A DNA stretch of 40,000 nucleotides, from NCBI GenBank assembly GCA_051652765.1, contig JBOFUV010000008.1, positions 1 to 40,000 on the forward strand, written 5' to 3'. The stretch's first letter is position 1. Each line of letters starts with the position of its first letter. This DNA is from Microcoleaceae cyanobacterium. GTDB lineage: Bacteria > Cyanobacteriota > Cyanobacteriia > Cyanobacteriales > Microcoleaceae. Below are positions 11,446 to 21,000 of this stretch, in pieces. A program made the translations under genes and the position numbers. Under the pieces are notes generated by a model. That model was not told the origin of the DNA, ran no database searches, and saw only the letters and a list, made by a program, of their open reading frames with translations.

Positions 11446-11560
11446 AAAAAGAAAGTGATACTTGCAAAAACAAGGATTTACAGTTAAACTTGAGAAAAGC
11501 AAGTGGAACTTGCAAATTTACTTTACTATAGCAATTCTCTTCTGGGAGAGACTTCTAGTT

Positions 11561-12427
11561 ATGCATCAATTAATGATTCAATCCTATTCAACAACCCCGA
11601 CTTTAACGACCCCGGCAACTCCTGCCCCCCTGAAACTCCACTGGGTTACTCTCGTATTCATCGTAGCAATCCATGGGTTAGCCCTGCTTACACCTTGGTT
11701 TTTTTCTGGGTCAGCCTTGGCAGTTACCCTATTTCTACACTGGTTATTCGGCAGTATTGGTATTTGTTTGGGCTATCATCGACTCCTATCCCATCGCAGT
11801 TTACGATTACCCAAATGGCTGGAATACATTGTTGTAACCTTGGGTGCCTTGGCTTTGCAGGGCGGGCCGATTTTTTGGGTTGCAGGACATCGTCTCCACC
11901 ACGCCCATACAGAGGATGAGATTAAAGATCCTTACTCAGCTAATCGCGGGTTTTGGTGGAGTCATATATTGTGGCTGTTTTATCAGAGCCCTCAGTTTTT
12001 CAACTATTCTAACTACAAGGGGTTTGCCCCAGATCTGGATCGAGATCCTTACTACCGCTGGCTGAATCAGTATCACTTACTTCCTCAACTTCTGCTGGGT
12101 TTACTACTCTATGGTTTGGGTGGATGGTCTTTTGTGATCTACGGAATTTTCCTGCGGTCAGTGTTGCTATGGCATAGTACTTGGTTGATTAACTCCGCCA
12201 GTCACCTATGGGGATATCGAACCTTTGCTGCTGATGACAATGCTCGTAACCTCTGGTGGGCTGCCCTTCTAACCTATGGCGAAGGCTGGCACAACAACCA
12301 TCACGCCCATCCTCGGGTGGCACAGGCAGGACGGCGCTGGTGGGAAATAGATATGACTTGGTGGGCGATCCGAAGTCTAGAAATGTTAGGTCTAGCCCAA
12401 AAAGTTGTTAGACCTAGATGTAACTAG
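11561..12427 (+). CDS. desC: Acyl-lipid delta-9 fatty acid desaturase
   Basis: Three histidine boxes 'HRLLSH', 'HRLHH' and 'HNNHH'. Four TM segments. ATG 11561 gives 288 aa. The longer track ORF (11462) overlaps the divergent gene's upstream region. Confidence 0.85.
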   Translation: MHQLMIQSYSTTPTLTTPATPAPLKLHWVTLVFIVAIHGLALLTPWFFSGSALAVTLFLHWLFGSIGICLGYHRLLSHRSLRLPKWLEYIVVTLGALALQGGPIFWVAGHRLHHAHTEDEIKDPYSANRGFWWSHILWLFYQSPQFFNYSNYKGFAPDLDRDPYYRWLNQYHLLPQLLLGLLLYGLGGWSFVIYGIFLRSVLLWHSTWLINSASHLWGYRTFAADDNARNLWWAALLTYGEGWHNNHHAHPRVAQAGRRWWEIDMTWWAIRSLEMLGLAQKVVRPRCN

Positions 12428-12571
12428 GACTTGCACAGCTAAATGAGTTTTGCTCCTCTCTCCCCCTCCAACTTGGGGGAAGATTTAGATGTTAGGTGGT
12501 AAGTGCATGTAAGTGCATAATTCCTAATCTAACAGCATCTCAACTGATTTTTTCGAGGCTGATTTACAGCG

Positions 12572-12619
12572 GTTTTCAAGTCAGTTTTCAAGTCAGTTTT
12601 CAAGTCAGGTTTTGAATTA
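12572..12619. repeat. 12-bp tandem repeat (gttttcaagtca) x3 plus one degenerate copy
   Basis: Direct reading gives units at 12572, 12584 and 12596, and a degenerate unit at 12608. Confidence 0.9.
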
Positions 12620-12949
12620 GTTGTTAAATTGGTTTAAGTCGGTAAGGGATCTAAGCCCCTCAAGTCCCCCTTGAAAGAGGAAATTTTAGGGCGATCACAT
12701 CGGATCGCATTTGAATAAAAATAGCTGCAGGTGGGGTGAGATTGATTAGACTAAGCAATTGACGCTTGAAAAGCTTGGGCCATTGACCCAGAGGCGCTTG
12801 TAATGAGAGTTAATTCCAAATTCTCGTGACTTTTCATAAAGATTTGAGTTAGTATTTTAACAATGTCTAAATTCTAATCGCAATATTAGGTTAGGGTCTG
12901 GACTAGGGCTGTCACCAAACTTAATGATGAGAAATCGTCCTACTCTGCC

Positions 12950-13498
12950 ATGTCCTCTTCAAACTCTCGTCCCATCCTTCTAGTAGATGGCTACAACGTT
13001 ATTGGAGCTTGGCCTTTGCTGCAGCAGAGGCGAGACTTAACTGGAATGGAGGAGGCTCGGAGAGGGCTGATTGAATCCCTAATCAACTACAGCGCTTTTG
13101 AGGGATTGGACGCTCGCATTGTTTTTGACGCTCACTACCAGGATACTCCTGGCTTTTGCGAGACCGTTACTGAAAGTTTGTCGGTTTACTATACAGGCTT
13201 TGGTCAGACGGCAGATACCTACATTGAAAAGACCTGCGCTGTTCTGGGCCGTCAATTTAAAGTGTTAAGGCAGCGACTAATTGTAGCGACTTCAGACCGA
13301 GCTCAGCGGCTGACTGTCATTGGCTATGGAGCAGAATGGTTATCCTCTGAACAGCTCGCTGAAGTCGTTGAACTGACGAATCGTCGATGTCAACGTCGCC
13401 ATAAGCCTCGCAAACAGTCTTCTAGTCGATATCTGTTTAATTCCTTGGATGCTGAGTCTCAGAAGCGATTGTCTATGATGCGGATGGGTTTGAAATAA
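12950..13498 (+). CDS. NYN domain-containing protein (YacP/Rae1-like ribonuclease family)
   Basis: 182 aa. 'ILLVDGYNVIGAWP' N-terminus, 'IVFDA' and 'VATSDRAQ' match the YacP-like NYN pattern. Confidence 0.7.
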   Translation: MSSSNSRPILLVDGYNVIGAWPLLQQRRDLTGMEEARRGLIESLINYSAFEGLDARIVFDAHYQDTPGFCETVTESLSVYYTGFGQTADTYIEKTCAVLGRQFKVLRQRLIVATSDRAQRLTVIGYGAEWLSSEQLAEVVELTNRRCQRRHKPRKQSSSRYLFNSLDAESQKRLSMMRMGLK

Positions 13499-14171
13499 GA
13501 GTTCTAGAGTTTGTTCGTTTCAGCTTCCTACAGCTTGCTCTGTCGGCAAGGTTGGTGAACCCAGATCAATAGGTCAACTTTGATTGTGGTTTCAAGTGGA
13601 ACTTGAGCATGAGGAGAGTCTTCCACTAATTGCTTAAGTATGTTTCAGAGAGTGAATAAGTCTGAAATCAAATTTTATTAGTCTTCTCTGATTAGGTTTT
13701 AGTTATCATTGCTAACCCAGATATTTCTACAGCCAGACCCTTCCTAATTTTGATCTTGGGGAGGTAAGAGTTATGAAGAATCCTTGCTACAGATGGCTCT
13801 TGGCTTTTCCATAGATGGATCTCCAAAGTGAAAGTGATGTTTTTTAAGTCGGGATTACTGTATCATGACATTGGAATCACCATGAGCCGATCTATCTGCT
13901 CAGTACTACGCTAATGCACTGACAAAAAAGTCCCCCAATCTTAGCAAATTAGGGGATCGCATAATAGTTCATAAACTAGTGATGTTAGCACTGTTTTTTG
14001 CATTTGACAATTCTTTGAGTAGTTTTAGATCGAAGTTAAAGCTATTCTTGTGGATTTTGATGAACTAAACCCTCTCAGTCAAGGGCAGGTTTCAGCCTAC
14101 TAACTCACTTAAGAAGTGCGGAGTCAGTGCGGAGCATTGTGTTTCGTATTTTCCAATCGAGGTCAAACTCA

Positions 14172-15407
14172 ATGAGTCAAATTCAAGCAAAGCTGGAAGT
14201 AACTGATACTGCATTTCAGGTTGAAGGTTACGAAAAAATCGAGTACAGCTTGGTCTATGTGGATGATGTCTTTGACATCAAAAATGCTGAGCTTTCTGAT
14301 ATCTATCGTAAGTTTGGACGGTGCTTGATCGTAATTGATACGACTGTCAACCGTCTCTACGCTGAAAGGATTCAAGCCTACTTTGACTATCATGAAATTG
14401 AGCTGACTCTATTTCCGGTTTCCATCCCTGAAACTGCTAAAACGTTGAGAACCTTTGAAACCATCATTGATGCGTTTGCAGAGTTCGGCTTAGTTCGCAA
14501 GGAACCTGTACTGGTGGTTGGCGGCGGTTTAATTACGGATGTGACTGGATTTGCTTGTTCTGCCTATCGTCGCAGTAGCAACTATATTCGGATTCCCACG
14601 ACCTTAATTGGTTTGATTGATGCCAGTGTGGCGATTAAAGTTGCGGTCAATCACAAAAAGTTAAAGAACCGATTAGGGGCTTACCACGCTTCCCAGAAGG
14701 TAATTCTTGACTTTTCTTTCCTCAGAACCCTCCCCATTGCTGAACTTCGGAACGGCATGGCGGAGTTAGTCAAAATTGCGGTTGTAGCTGAGGCTGAGGT
14801 GTTCGAACTGTTGGAAAAATACGGTGAAGACCTGCTGCACAAGCACTTCGGCTTCCTTGACGGCACTCCCGAATTGCAAGAAATTGGTCATCGTCTCAAC
14901 TACAAAGCCATTAAGCGGATGTTGGAATTGGAGGTGCCTAACCTGCATGAACTGGATCTGGATCGGGTGATTGCCTATGGTCACACCTGGAGTCCTACGG
15001 TAGAGCTAACTCCCACCGTTCCGCTTTATCATGGTCATGCGGTCAATATCGACATGGCGTTGTCTGCGACTCTGGCCGCACAGCGAGAGTACATCTCAAC
15101 GGCAGAGCGCGATCGCATTTTGGGCTTGATGAGTCGGTTAGGCTTGTCTCTGGATCATCCGATTTTAGAGATTGAGCTGCTTTGGAAAGCAACAGAATCT
15201 ATCATTCAAACCCGTGATGGCAAGTTGAGAGCGGCTGTGCCTCGACCCATCGGAATGTGTGATTTCATCAACGACCTCACCTACACAGAATTAGAGGAAG
15301 CCTTGGCTGAGCATAAGCGTCTCTGTGCAGACTATCCTCGAGGCGGCGAAGGCGTTGATGCGGTGATTACCGTTGATGATGCCTCTGAATTAGCATTCAG
15401 TCGGTAA
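14172..15407 (+). CDS. mysA: Demethyl-4-deoxygadusol synthase (sugar-phosphate cyclase, DHQS superfamily)
   Basis: 411 aa from ATG 14172. Near-colinear with my recollection of Anabaena Ava_3858: '[15 protein letters not shown]', '[47 protein letters not shown]', 'YGHTWSP', 'HGHAVNIDM'. Confidence 0.9.
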   Translation: MSQIQAKLEVTDTAFQVEGYEKIEYSLVYVDDVFDIKNAELSDIYRKFGRCLIVIDTTVNRLYAERIQAYFDYHEIELTLFPVSIPETAKTLRTFETIIDAFAEFGLVRKEPVLVVGGGLITDVTGFACSAYRRSSNYIRIPTTLIGLIDASVAIKVAVNHKKLKNRLGAYHASQKVILDFSFLRTLPIAELRNGMAELVKIAVVAEAEVFELLEKYGEDLLHKHFGFLDGTPELQEIGHRLNYKAIKRMLELEVPNLHELDLDRVIAYGHTWSPTVELTPTVPLYHGHAVNIDMALSATLAAQREYISTAERDRILGLMSRLGLSLDHPILEIELLWKATESIIQTRDGKLRAAVPRPIGMCDFINDLTYTELEEALAEHKRLCADYPRGGEGVDAVITVDDASELAFSR

Positions 15408-15538
15408 GCAGACTGGCTGGCTCATTTCGTTCGGATTTGCCTTGTCTTAAGTCCTCCTTTGTAAGGGGGATTTAAGGGGCTTGAGCGGACACGGGTTTGT
15501 AGTTCTGCCGACTGTCTGTCTTCTCGGATTTACGTCCT

Positions 15539-15684
15539 AGTGGTTTGTCAAATCAATTTTGTAGGTTAGGGAGTAGCTTGCTTCTACGGAGCAGTACGAA
15601 GTGAAACTAATAACCCTTTAAGAGCCTTGGGTTCCACAAACTCAATACCAAACGACCAACCTACATTTAGGTTGACAAACCACT
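15539..15684. repeat. 146-bp inverted-repeat (MITE-like) element in the mysA-mysB spacer
   Basis: Terminal arms agtggtttgtcaa (15539-15551) and ttgacaaaccact (15672-15684) are perfect 13-bp complements. A second inner arm pair is tgtaggtt/aacctaca. Confidence 0.5.
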
Positions 15685-15735
15685 GGCCAAGGCTTAGCAA
15701 CGTCTCATTCTTAGATTGAACCAGAAAAGGAAATA

Positions 15736-16566
15736 ATGACTTCTACAATTCATCTGCCACAGGCTCGACCTGTTACCCCGATCGGAATTTTGGCCAAAAA
15801 GTTAGAAGAGGCGGTGCAATGTTTGGAAACAGCCGAAATCCCAGCCGAACTTGCTGATCTGATTCATCAAGCCTTTCAATTGGCAACAGGTTTAGATCCG
15901 TACTTAGAAACTTGCACAACTCCAGAATCAGAAGCCTTAAAATTGCTTGCTCAAAAAACTCGTCAAGAACCCTGGAGTCAACGGTTTTCAGATCAGGAAA
16001 CAGTGCGTCATTTAGAGCAGGAAATGCTTTCAGGTCACATTGAAGGACAAACTCTAAAACTGTTGGTTAAAATGACCCAAGCCAAACGTATTTTAGAGAT
16101 TGGACTATTTACTGGATATTCTGCTTTGGCCATGGCAGAAGCCTTACCAGAGGATGGGGAATTAATTGCTTGTGAAGTGGATGAATATGTAGCAAATTTT
16201 GCTCGTAATTGTTTTGAATCTTCTCCCCACGGCACAAAAATTGTGGTAAAAGTTGCTCCGGCATTAGTCACAATAGTCCAGCTAGCAGAAGCTAGAGAAT
16301 GCTTTGATTTTGTTTTTATTGATGCTGACAAAAAAGAGTATGTCGAGTATTTTAGTCTCTTGCTCAAAAGCAACTTACTAGCACCTAACGCTGTCATTTG
16401 TGTGGACAATACGTTATTTCAAGGTCAAGTTTACCTGTCTTCAGACCAACAAACAGAAAATGGCAAGGCGATCGCCCAATTCAATCAAGTGATTGCAGAA
16501 GATCCACGAGTTGAACAGGTGCTACTGCCTTTGCGAGATGGATTAACCATCATTCGATGTCTATAG
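15736..16566 (+). CDS. mysB: SAM-dependent O-methyltransferase (4-deoxygadusol forming)
   Basis: 276 aa. 'ILEIGLFTGYSALAMAEALPEDG' (SAM motif I), 'FIDADKKEY' and 'LLPLRDGLTIIR' are caffeoyl-CoA OMT-like and match the Ava_3857 pattern. Confidence 0.9.
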   Translation: MTSTIHLPQARPVTPIGILAKKLEEAVQCLETAEIPAELADLIHQAFQLATGLDPYLETCTTPESEALKLLAQKTRQEPWSQRFSDQETVRHLEQEMLSGHIEGQTLKLLVKMTQAKRILEIGLFTGYSALAMAEALPEDGELIACEVDEYVANFARNCFESSPHGTKIVVKVAPALVTIVQLAEARECFDFVFIDADKKEYVEYFSLLLKSNLLAPNAVICVDNTLFQGQVYLSSDQQTENGKAIAQFNQVIAEDPRVEQVLLPLRDGLTIIRCL

Positions 16567-16588
16567 TAGGAGAAATATAGCAGGAGAA

Positions 16589-17959
16589 ATGATGTCTCAA
16601 ATTCTATTCATCCAATCCAGTCAAGCTTACTCTATAGTTCAGAATATTGGCACACTTGTGCTCTTGACTTTAATTCTTCCTTTCAATCTTATTCTAGTTT
16701 TGATTGCATGGGTAATTCACTCTATTCAACGCCTATTTCAGCATAAACCTGCGAATCCAAATCCTAAAAGAATTTTGATTACAGGTGGAAAAATGACTAA
16801 ATCTTTGCAGCTTGCTCGTTCATTTCATGCAGCAGGCCACATAGTCTTTTTAGTAGAGACTCACAAATATTGGTTGACTGGGCATCGATTTTCTAACGCA
16901 GTGAAAAAGTTCTATTCTGTTACTGAACCCAAGAAAAACGTAGAACAATTCTGTCAAGACTTATTAGAAATTGTTCAGAAGAACAAGATCGATGTTTTTA
17001 TTCCTGTAACCAGTCCTGTCGAGAGTTACTACTGTTCCCTAGCAAAATCATTACTGCTGCCTGACTGTGAGGTAATTCATTTTAATTCTGAGGTTACTCA
17101 GCTTTTAGATCATAAATTTGCCTTCATTCAGAGCGCGAAAGAGTTTGGCTTATCAGTGCCTCAATCTTTCCTGATTACCAACGTTGACCAAGTACTTAAT
17201 TTTGATTTTTCAAAGGATGGTTGTCAATATATTCTAAAAAGCATTCCCTATAATTCAGTGCATCGCTTGAACCTCACTAAACTTCCTTTAAAATCTCATA
17301 CTGAAATGGAGAGTTTTGTCAAGAATTTACCGATCAGTGAAGAGCATCCTTGGATTATGCAGGAGTTTATTGGAGGGCAAGAATATTGCACTCATAGTAC
17401 TGTTCGAAATGGCGTGATTCGACTGCATTGCTGTTCTAGTTCATCTCCTTTTCAAGTGAATTATGATCAGGTTGATAACTCAGAGATTTACAACTGGGTA
17501 AAGACATTTGTGAAGAAATTAGATCTCACAGGTCAGATTTCTTTCGACTTCATTCAAGCTCCAGATGGAACAGTTTACCCTCTAGAATGCAATCCTAGAA
17601 TTCATTCAGCAATTACGATGTTTTATAACCATCCTGAAGTCTCTAAAGCTTATTTGATAGATGCTCAAGATGAAAACGAACAGCCGATTACACCGTTATT
17701 AAACAGCAAGCCAACCTATTGGCTCTATCACGAATTTTGGCGATTAACTGAAGTCAGATCTTGGAAAAAGTTAAAAGCCTGGTTCCAGAAAATTACTCAG
17801 GGAACAGATGCTATTTTTCAAGTTAGCGATCCGATGCCTTTTTTAATGGTACATCACTGGCAAATTCCATTACTTTTATTGGGTAATCTTCGCCGACTGA
17901 AAGGTTGGATTCGGATTGATTTTAATATTGGCAAACTAGTTGAGTTAGGTGGAGATTAA
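16589..17959 (+). CDS. mysC: ATP-grasp ligase (mycosporine-glycine forming)
   Basis: 456 aa. N-terminal hydrophobic segment, then 'ILITGGKMTKSLQLARSF', 'YILKS', 'ECNPRIHSA'. Third position in the mys gene order. Confidence 0.85.
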   Translation: MMSQILFIQSSQAYSIVQNIGTLVLLTLILPFNLILVLIAWVIHSIQRLFQHKPANPNPKRILITGGKMTKSLQLARSFHAAGHIVFLVETHKYWLTGHRFSNAVKKFYSVTEPKKNVEQFCQDLLEIVQKNKIDVFIPVTSPVESYYCSLAKSLLLPDCEVIHFNSEVTQLLDHKFAFIQSAKEFGLSVPQSFLITNVDQVLNFDFSKDGCQYILKSIPYNSVHRLNLTKLPLKSHTEMESFVKNLPISEEHPWIMQEFIGGQEYCTHSTVRNGVIRLHCCSSSSPFQVNYDQVDNSEIYNWVKTFVKKLDLTGQISFDFIQAPDGTVYPLECNPRIHSAITMFYNHPEVSKAYLIDAQDENEQPITPLLNSKPTYWLYHEFWRLTEVRSWKKLKAWFQKITQGTDAIFQVSDPMPFLMVHHWQIPLLLLGNLRRLKGWIRIDFNIGKLVELGGD

Positions 17960-18066
17960 CGGCCGTTATGCTAGGTGAAACTTTATACTATGTAAAAGCT
18001 GTTCTAATCTAAATTAGAACTCTAAATTGCAAATCTAAATTACGAAAATTGTGTGTATTTTCTTTT

Positions 18067-21000
18067 ATGACTCAATCTGTCTCTTCAACAACGTTATTGC
18101 CGTTAACGCCTATCCAGCAAATTAACTGGTTTTTATATCAAATTTCTCCTGAAGAACTGAATGATAAAGTTGCTCTTGCAATCCAAATTCATTCGCCAAT
18201 AAATCATGAAAAAATCAGAAAAGCTTTTCAAGTTTTAATCAATCGTCATTCTAGTTTACAAACTATCTATCGAGAATATAATGGTCAAGTTATTCAAGAA
18301 ATTTGTTCGGAGAAAAGAGTTGATCTTCAGAAAGTTAGTTGCAATCACTTTAGTCAAATAGAGCTGAGTCAACATCTGCTACAACTGATTAAGCAGCCAT
18401 TTAATTTGGCGCAGGATTCACCTCTCAGAATTCATCTAGTTAACTCTCCTGAACAAGACAGTATTTTACTACTTGCCCTTCATCAACTCTCGGGAGACTG
18501 GGAATCGCTGCTAATTTTAGCCGACGAATTACTAACCCTTTACTACTCTGAGGCTGAAGACCTTGAACAATGTCTTCCAAAACTTCAGGCAAACTACAAA
18601 GATTGGATTCAGCAGCAGCTAGATTATCTTAAGAGCTCACAACTGCCTAAAAGTGAAGATTACTGGAAAAAGCAACTGGCTGGCGATCTTCCTATTTTAA
18701 AACTATCTTCAAATACACCGCTGCCAACCCTTAGAAGTTACATAGGCAAAACTCACACGTTTTCAATTGATGAAAATTTAACGCAGCAACTCCAGCAGCT
18801 AGCCACTCAGCTCGAAGTTGATTTACAGATCCTATTACTAACTGCCTACAAAATTCTTCTCTATCAATATACTGGAGAAAAAGATATTCTAGTAGCCCAG
18901 CTTTTAACCTGTAGAAATAATTTGTCTAAGCTAGTTATTGGCAACTGTACTAATGCAATTGTTCTGCGAGACTCTATTAATGATGACTTGAGTTTTAGTG
19001 ATATTATCACTCAAGTAAGTCAAACCCTAAAGGAAGCGATAAATCACCAAAGTTATCCCTTTTCATTGTTGGTTCAAGGTCTTCAAGTCCCTGGAAATTC
19101 AAGTCACTCCCCCCTTTCTCAGGCTGCATTTACTTACTATGAAATCTCACACTTAAAATATATCTTGAAATTGTTTGAAGGATTAGATAGTCAACAGTCA
19201 CTTTGTCAAAATCAGCCCGAATTTAAATACTTTGAACTATTGCAACGAAAAGTAGAATTTGACTTTAGTCTAGACTGTATTTTTTTAAAAAAAAGCATAT
19301 TAGTCCATTTTAGCTACAACCAGAGTTTGGTCTCAGTTCAAATAGCAATAAGCTTTAGCCAGCACTTTCAAAACTTATTGAGATCTCTTGTTACAAGTCC
19401 TGAGCAATCAGTGAATCAACTCTCCATCTTGGATAAATCGGAAAGAAAACAAGTTTTAATTGAGTGGAATCAAACTGAACGAAACTATGACCTGTCTAAA
19501 ACCTTGCAGGAATGGATTGAGATAAAGGTCGAAAAAGTCCCAGAGTTAACAGCAGTCATTTTTGAAGATCAATCTCTCACTTACAAAGAACTAAATCAAC
19601 GAGCTAATCAACTGGCTCACTACTTAATTAAATTGGGAGTGAAACCTGAAACACTTGTAGGAATTTGTGTGGAACGTTCAGTAGAAATGGTTGTTGGATT
19701 ATTAGGAATTCTGAAGAGCGGCGGAGCTTATATTCCGCTTGATCCAAGCTATCCAATCCAGCGGCTAGCCTTTATGCTGGAAGATACTCAAGTTCCACTA
19801 TTACTTACTCAGAAAAAGTTTGTGGATCAACTTCCTCAACATCAAGCAAAAGTAATTTGTTTGGATATAATCTGGGAAATTCTTGTTCAAGAACCTGATA
19901 TAAATCCTATTCATAAAGCCATTCCAGAAAATTTAGCTTATGTAATTTATACCTCTGGTTCAACTGGAAATCCAAAGGGAGTTATGAACACCCACCGAGG
20001 CGTTTGTAATCGCTTGTTGTGGATGCAGGAAGAATATCAACTAGGTTTAACTGATCGGGTTTTGCAAAAAACACCATTTAGCTTTGATGTTTCAGTTTGG
20101 GAATTTTTCTGGCCGCTAATGACGGGAGCAGCTTTAGTTATTGCAAAGCCAGAGGGCCATCAAGATAGTCATTATCTTGTTGAAATTATTGTCAAATGGC
20201 AGATTACAACCCTACATTTTGTACCTTCAATGCTACAAGTTTTTCTTGAAGAAAACCTATCTCAATGTAAGAGCCTAAAGCGAGTTATTTGCAGTGGAGA
20301 AGCCCTGCCATTTGATTTGCAAACCCGGTTTTTTACTCAACTCAACTGTGAACTCTATAATCTTTATGGCCCTACTGAAGCTGCAATTGACGTTACATTC
20401 TGGCGGTGTCAACCCAATAGTTTGTTTAACATTGTTCCGATTGGTTTCCCTGTGGCCAACACCCAGATTTATATTTTAAATTCGGGCCTACAACCTGTTC
20501 CAGTGGGTGTGCCAGGAGAATTACACATCGGGGGTGTACAGGTCGCACGGGGTTACCTCAATCGACCTCAGCTAACGATAGAAAAATTTGTTCCTAATCC
20601 TTTTACGAAGGGTTCAAATTTCTTGTATAAAACTGGAGATTTAGTTCGATATTTGCCCGATGGAACAATTGAATATTTAAATCGGATTGACTCTCAAGTG
20701 AAGATTCGAGGATTTCGGATTGAACTTGGAGAAATTGAACACCGTCTAACTCAACATTCTCAAATTAGAGAAGCTGTTGTGGCTGTCCGCAATAATCAAT
20801 CAGGCGAAAAGCTGTTAGTTGCCTATGTCGTTCCAACTCAGGAGTTACAAGTTCAAGATTCTGCTCATGATCATTTGGTTACAGAATCACTAAATCCTAA
20901 GCTCTTGCGACAGTTTCTTAAGCAAAAATTGCCAGAATATATGGTTCCATCAGCTTTTATAATTTTAAGCTCACTGCCTCTAACACCGAATGGAAAAGTT

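Noticed and set aside
13773-13814. 13-codon micro-ORF (MKNPCYRWLLAFP) with a ggggagg SD upstream of mysA.
   Set aside because: It is too short to support from sequence alone and no conservation data are available. It is mentioned only within the leader-region finding.
16035-16409. 124-aa minus-strand ORF inside mysB. Similar antisense or out-of-frame ORFs occur at 4911-5243, 5277-5525, 11503-11919, 27183-27470, 30635-30934, 35464-35745 and 36335-36541.
   Set aside because: All lie wholly inside well-supported genes on the other strand or frame. They have no RBS or family motifs, so they are typical shadow ORFs.
20080-20420. Calling the NRPS substrate (Ser versus Thr versus Gly) from the Stachelhaus code.
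   Set aside because: Only the first three positions (D-V-W from 'FDVSVW') can be read with confidence by eye. The remaining positions need a structure-based alignment, so no substrate call is made.
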